A DNA stretch of 64,000 bases. It comes from Myxococcales bacterium. GTDB lineage: Bacteria > Myxococcota_A > UBA9160 > SMWR01. The DNA is taken from positions 2,029 to 66,028 of the forward strand of contig JADFQO010000010.1 in assembly GCA_022561775.1 (NCBI GenBank). Direction: 5' to 3'. The position numbers were made by a program, and so were the translations under genes. Each line of letters begins with the position of its first letter. The first letter of the stretch is position 1. The notes beneath the pieces are model-generated. The model saw only the letters and a list, made by a program, of their open reading frames with translations. It ran no database searches and was not told the origin of the DNA. Shown in pieces: positions 61,845-64,000 of the stretch.

Positions 61845-62666
61845 TTGCAGCTCGAACGGAAGCGATTTGCTGTTGCAGTGGCTCTGGTGATTGGAATGCT
61901 CGCTCCTGCGCTCGCTCCTGCGCTCGCTCCTGCGCTCGCTCGTGCGGTCGAAGCCAGTGGGCCCAATCGATTCGACACCGTCGTGATCGACGCCGGACAC
62001 GGTGGCGACGACGTCGGCGCCCGCGGCGCGGAGGGCCTGCTCGAAAAGGATCTCGTGCTCGACATCGCGCATCGCCTGGCGAAACGCTTCGGTGGGAATG
62101 GGCTGCAGGTCGTTCTGACTCGTCGTGACGACATCTTTGTTCCGCTCGAGGAGCGCACTTCGATCGCGAACGATGCGCGTGCGGATCTGTTTATTTCGAT
62201 TCACGCAAATGCGAGCCACGATACGAAGGTCAGAGGGATCGAGACGTTCTTTCTCTCGCTCGCGGCGAGCGATGATCACGCCGGACAGGTCGCGCGGCGC
62301 GAAAATCAGGCGTTTCGCATCGGCGACACGCCGGCCAAGCGCAGCGATGATGCGTTGGTCGCGATCATCGGGGACCTGATCACCAAAGAACACATGGAGG
62401 AGTCCAACGAGTTCGCGCGCCTCGCGCAGTTGGAACTCGCGGGTGATCCGCAGGTCGCGCGCGGCGTGAAACAGGCTCCCTTCGTGGTTTTGGAGGGCGT
62501 CCAGATGCCCGCCGCGTTGGTCGAGATCGGATTTCTGACCAATCGTCTCGACGAGCAGTCGCTGCGTGGTGCCAAAGAGCGGGACCGAATCGTATCGGCG
62601 CTGGTTCGCGCCGCGCTCGAGTTCGGTCGGCGCTACGATGCCCGACGAGGTGTCGGCAGTCGCTGA
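61845..62666 (+). CDS. N-acetylmuramoyl-L-alanine amidase (Amidase_3 family)
   Basis: VVIDAGHGGDDVGA, LFISIHANAS and APFVVLEG.QMPAALVEIGFL motifs. The signal peptide contains (LAPA)3. Confidence 0.85.
   Translation: MQLERKRFAVAVALVIGMLAPALAPALAPALARAVEASGPNRFDTVVIDAGHGGDDVGARGAEGLLEKDLVLDIAHRLAKRFGGNGLQVVLTRRDDIFVPLEERTSIANDARADLFISIHANASHDTKVRGIETFFLSLAASDDHAGQVARRENQAFRIGDTPAKRSDDALVAIIGDLITKEHMEESNEFARLAQLELAGDPQVARGVKQAPFVVLEGVQMPAALVEIGFLTNRLDEQSLRGAKERDRIVSALVRAALEFGRRYDARRGVGSR
61899..61946. repeat. Four tandem 12-bp units (CTCGCTCCTGCG) inside the amidase signal peptide
   Basis: Three perfect units plus one variant (ctcgctcgtgcg), encoding LAPALAPALAPALARA. Confidence 0.85.
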
Positions 62667-62678
62667 ACATCGGGCGGC

Positions 62679-63440
62679 GTGTTCGACCCCCACCCGACGG
62701 AGGAAGCCTTGAGAATCGATGGGAGGTCGCCGAACGATCTGCGTCCCGTGCGCCTCGTTCCCGACTTCACCGACAATCCCCTGGCCTCGGTGCTCTGCGA
62801 GATGGGGCGGACCGTGGTCCTCTGCACCGTGAGCGAAGAAGACTCGGTACCGCGGTTTCTGCGCGGGACGGGACGAGGTTGGCTCACCGCGGAGTATTCC
62901 CTGCTGCCGGGCTCGACCGATCGGCGCGTCGAACGCGAGGCTACGCGGGGGCGCCCCTCGGGCCGCACCCTCGAAATCCAGCGCCTGATTGGTCGGAGCT
63001 TGCGCGCTGTGGCGGACCTGAGCGCGTTGGGCGAGCGAACGCTCTGGGTCGACTGCGATGTGCTTCAGGCGGATGGTGGCACGCGCTGTGCGTCGATCAC
63101 GGGCGCCTACGTGGCACTCGCGGTGGCGGTGGAGCGCCTCGTTGCGCGCGGGGCTATCGAGCGCAATCCACTGCGCGATTCGGTCGCAGCGATATCGGTC
63201 GGGGTGATTGGAGGATCGGTGATGCTGGATCTCGCCTACGAAGAAGACGCGCGCGCGGAAGTCGACATGAATGTTGTCGCGACGGGAGCAGGGCGCTTCG
63301 TCGAGGTTCAGGGAACCGGCGAGGAAAGCACCTTCTCGGTCGACGAATTGAACCAGCTGACCGCGTTGGGGCTGCGGGGCATCGCGGATCTGGGAGCGCT
63401 TCAGCGGCAGGCGATCGCTGGAGCCAAGCGGGCGCAATGA
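62679..63440 (+). CDS. rph: Ribonuclease PH
   Basis: GTG start; R.DGR...LRPV, GWLTAEYSLLPGST..R..RE and the SGRT.EIQRLIGRSLR motifs. Confidence 0.95.
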   Translation: MFDPHPTEEALRIDGRSPNDLRPVRLVPDFTDNPLASVLCEMGRTVVLCTVSEEDSVPRFLRGTGRGWLTAEYSLLPGSTDRRVEREATRGRPSGRTLEIQRLIGRSLRAVADLSALGERTLWVDCDVLQADGGTRCASITGAYVALAVAVERLVARGAIERNPLRDSVAAISVGVIGGSVMLDLAYEEDARAEVDMNVVATGAGRFVEVQGTGEESTFSVDELNQLTALGLRGIADLGALQRQAIAGAKRAQ

Positions 63441-64000
63441 CCCCGTCGAGTCCCTCGATGCGGAGTTCGGAGGCCGTGCTAGCGACTTCGAATCTCGGAA
63501 AGCTCGGCGAGATCCGCGAGATCCTTCGCGATCTGCCGCTGGCGATTCGCCCCCTTTCCGATTTTCCCGGCGTCATCCTGCCCGAAGAGGGGGCGAACTA
63601 CGAGGAAAATGCGATCGCCAAGGCCAGAGCCGCCGCGCAGTTCTCGGATCGGGTCGCACTCGCGGATGATTCCGGTCTGGAGGTCTCGGGTCTCGGCGGC
63701 GCCCCGGGGCCGTTTTCGGCCCGCTTTGGTGGCCCCGGTCTCGACGACGCGGCCCGCATCGACGCGCTGCTCGACGCGCTCGCAAAATGCTCCGGCGAGC
63801 AGCGCCGGGCCCGCTTCGTCTGCATCGCGGCCCTCGCCACCCCTGGAGGAGATATCGTGACGGCCCGCGGCGAGTGCGCGGGACACATTCTCGCTGCGCC
63901 GCGCGGGCGATCGGGCTTCGGCTACGACCCCGTCTTCTTCGTCGAGGGTGTCGGTCGAGCGATGGCCGAACTCCCCGAATCGGAAAAGAATCGGATTTCC
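63437..64000 (+). CDS. rdgB: Non-canonical purine NTP pyrophosphatase RdgB/HAM1 (3' end beyond window)
   Basis: ATGA overlap with rph. ATSNLGKLGEI, ADDSGLEV and GFGYDPVF motifs. The frame is open to the window end. Confidence 0.9.
   Translation, partial: MTPSSPSMRSSEAVLATSNLGKLGEIREILRDLPLAIRPLSDFPGVILPEEGANYEENAIAKARAAAQFSDRVALADDSGLEVSGLGGAPGPFSARFGGPGLDDAARIDALLDALAKCSGEQRRARFVCIAALATPGGDIVTARGECAGHILAAPRGRSGFGYDPVFFVEGVGRAMAELPESEKNRIS

Overview
High-GC (~65%) bacterial chromosomal segment. I recognised no rRNA, tRNA, CRISPR array, transposase or integrase. From 1 to 31,681 every gene is on the + strand. This block holds the distal S10/spc/alpha ribosomal-protein cluster (rplB' through rplQ, with secY-adk-map). 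It runs on through a chain of start/stop-overlapping housekeeping genes (tlpA-like, ftsB-like, argS, SPOR, rmlD, uxs-like, lepA, lepB). Next come a PyrR-controlled pyrR-pyrB-pyrC-carA-carB operon, recG and an S9 peptidase. The second half has mixed strands. It combines housekeeping genes (hppA, hom-thrC-ribE, mgtE, rpoZ, rph-rdgB) with poorly characterised envelope and signalling genes and several short tandem or interspersed repeats. No complete known defence or mobile system is visible. The observations most worth follow-up are: (1) a PilT-family ATPase co-transcribed with a GAF sensor kinase whose phospho-acceptor His is Arg; (2) an uncharacterised polytopic membrane protein translationally coupled to a vWA-like lipoprotein, divergent from a SLOG/LOG-like protein; (3) a secreted protein joining a dead trypsin-like domain to a vWA domain; (4) a (KKATR)12 protein plus a histone-H1-like tail on L17; (5) an spc cluster lacking rplX and rpsN. 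All calls come from reading the sequence and ORF translations by eye. Alternative start coordinates were derived by hand and family assignments are motif-level, not database-verified.
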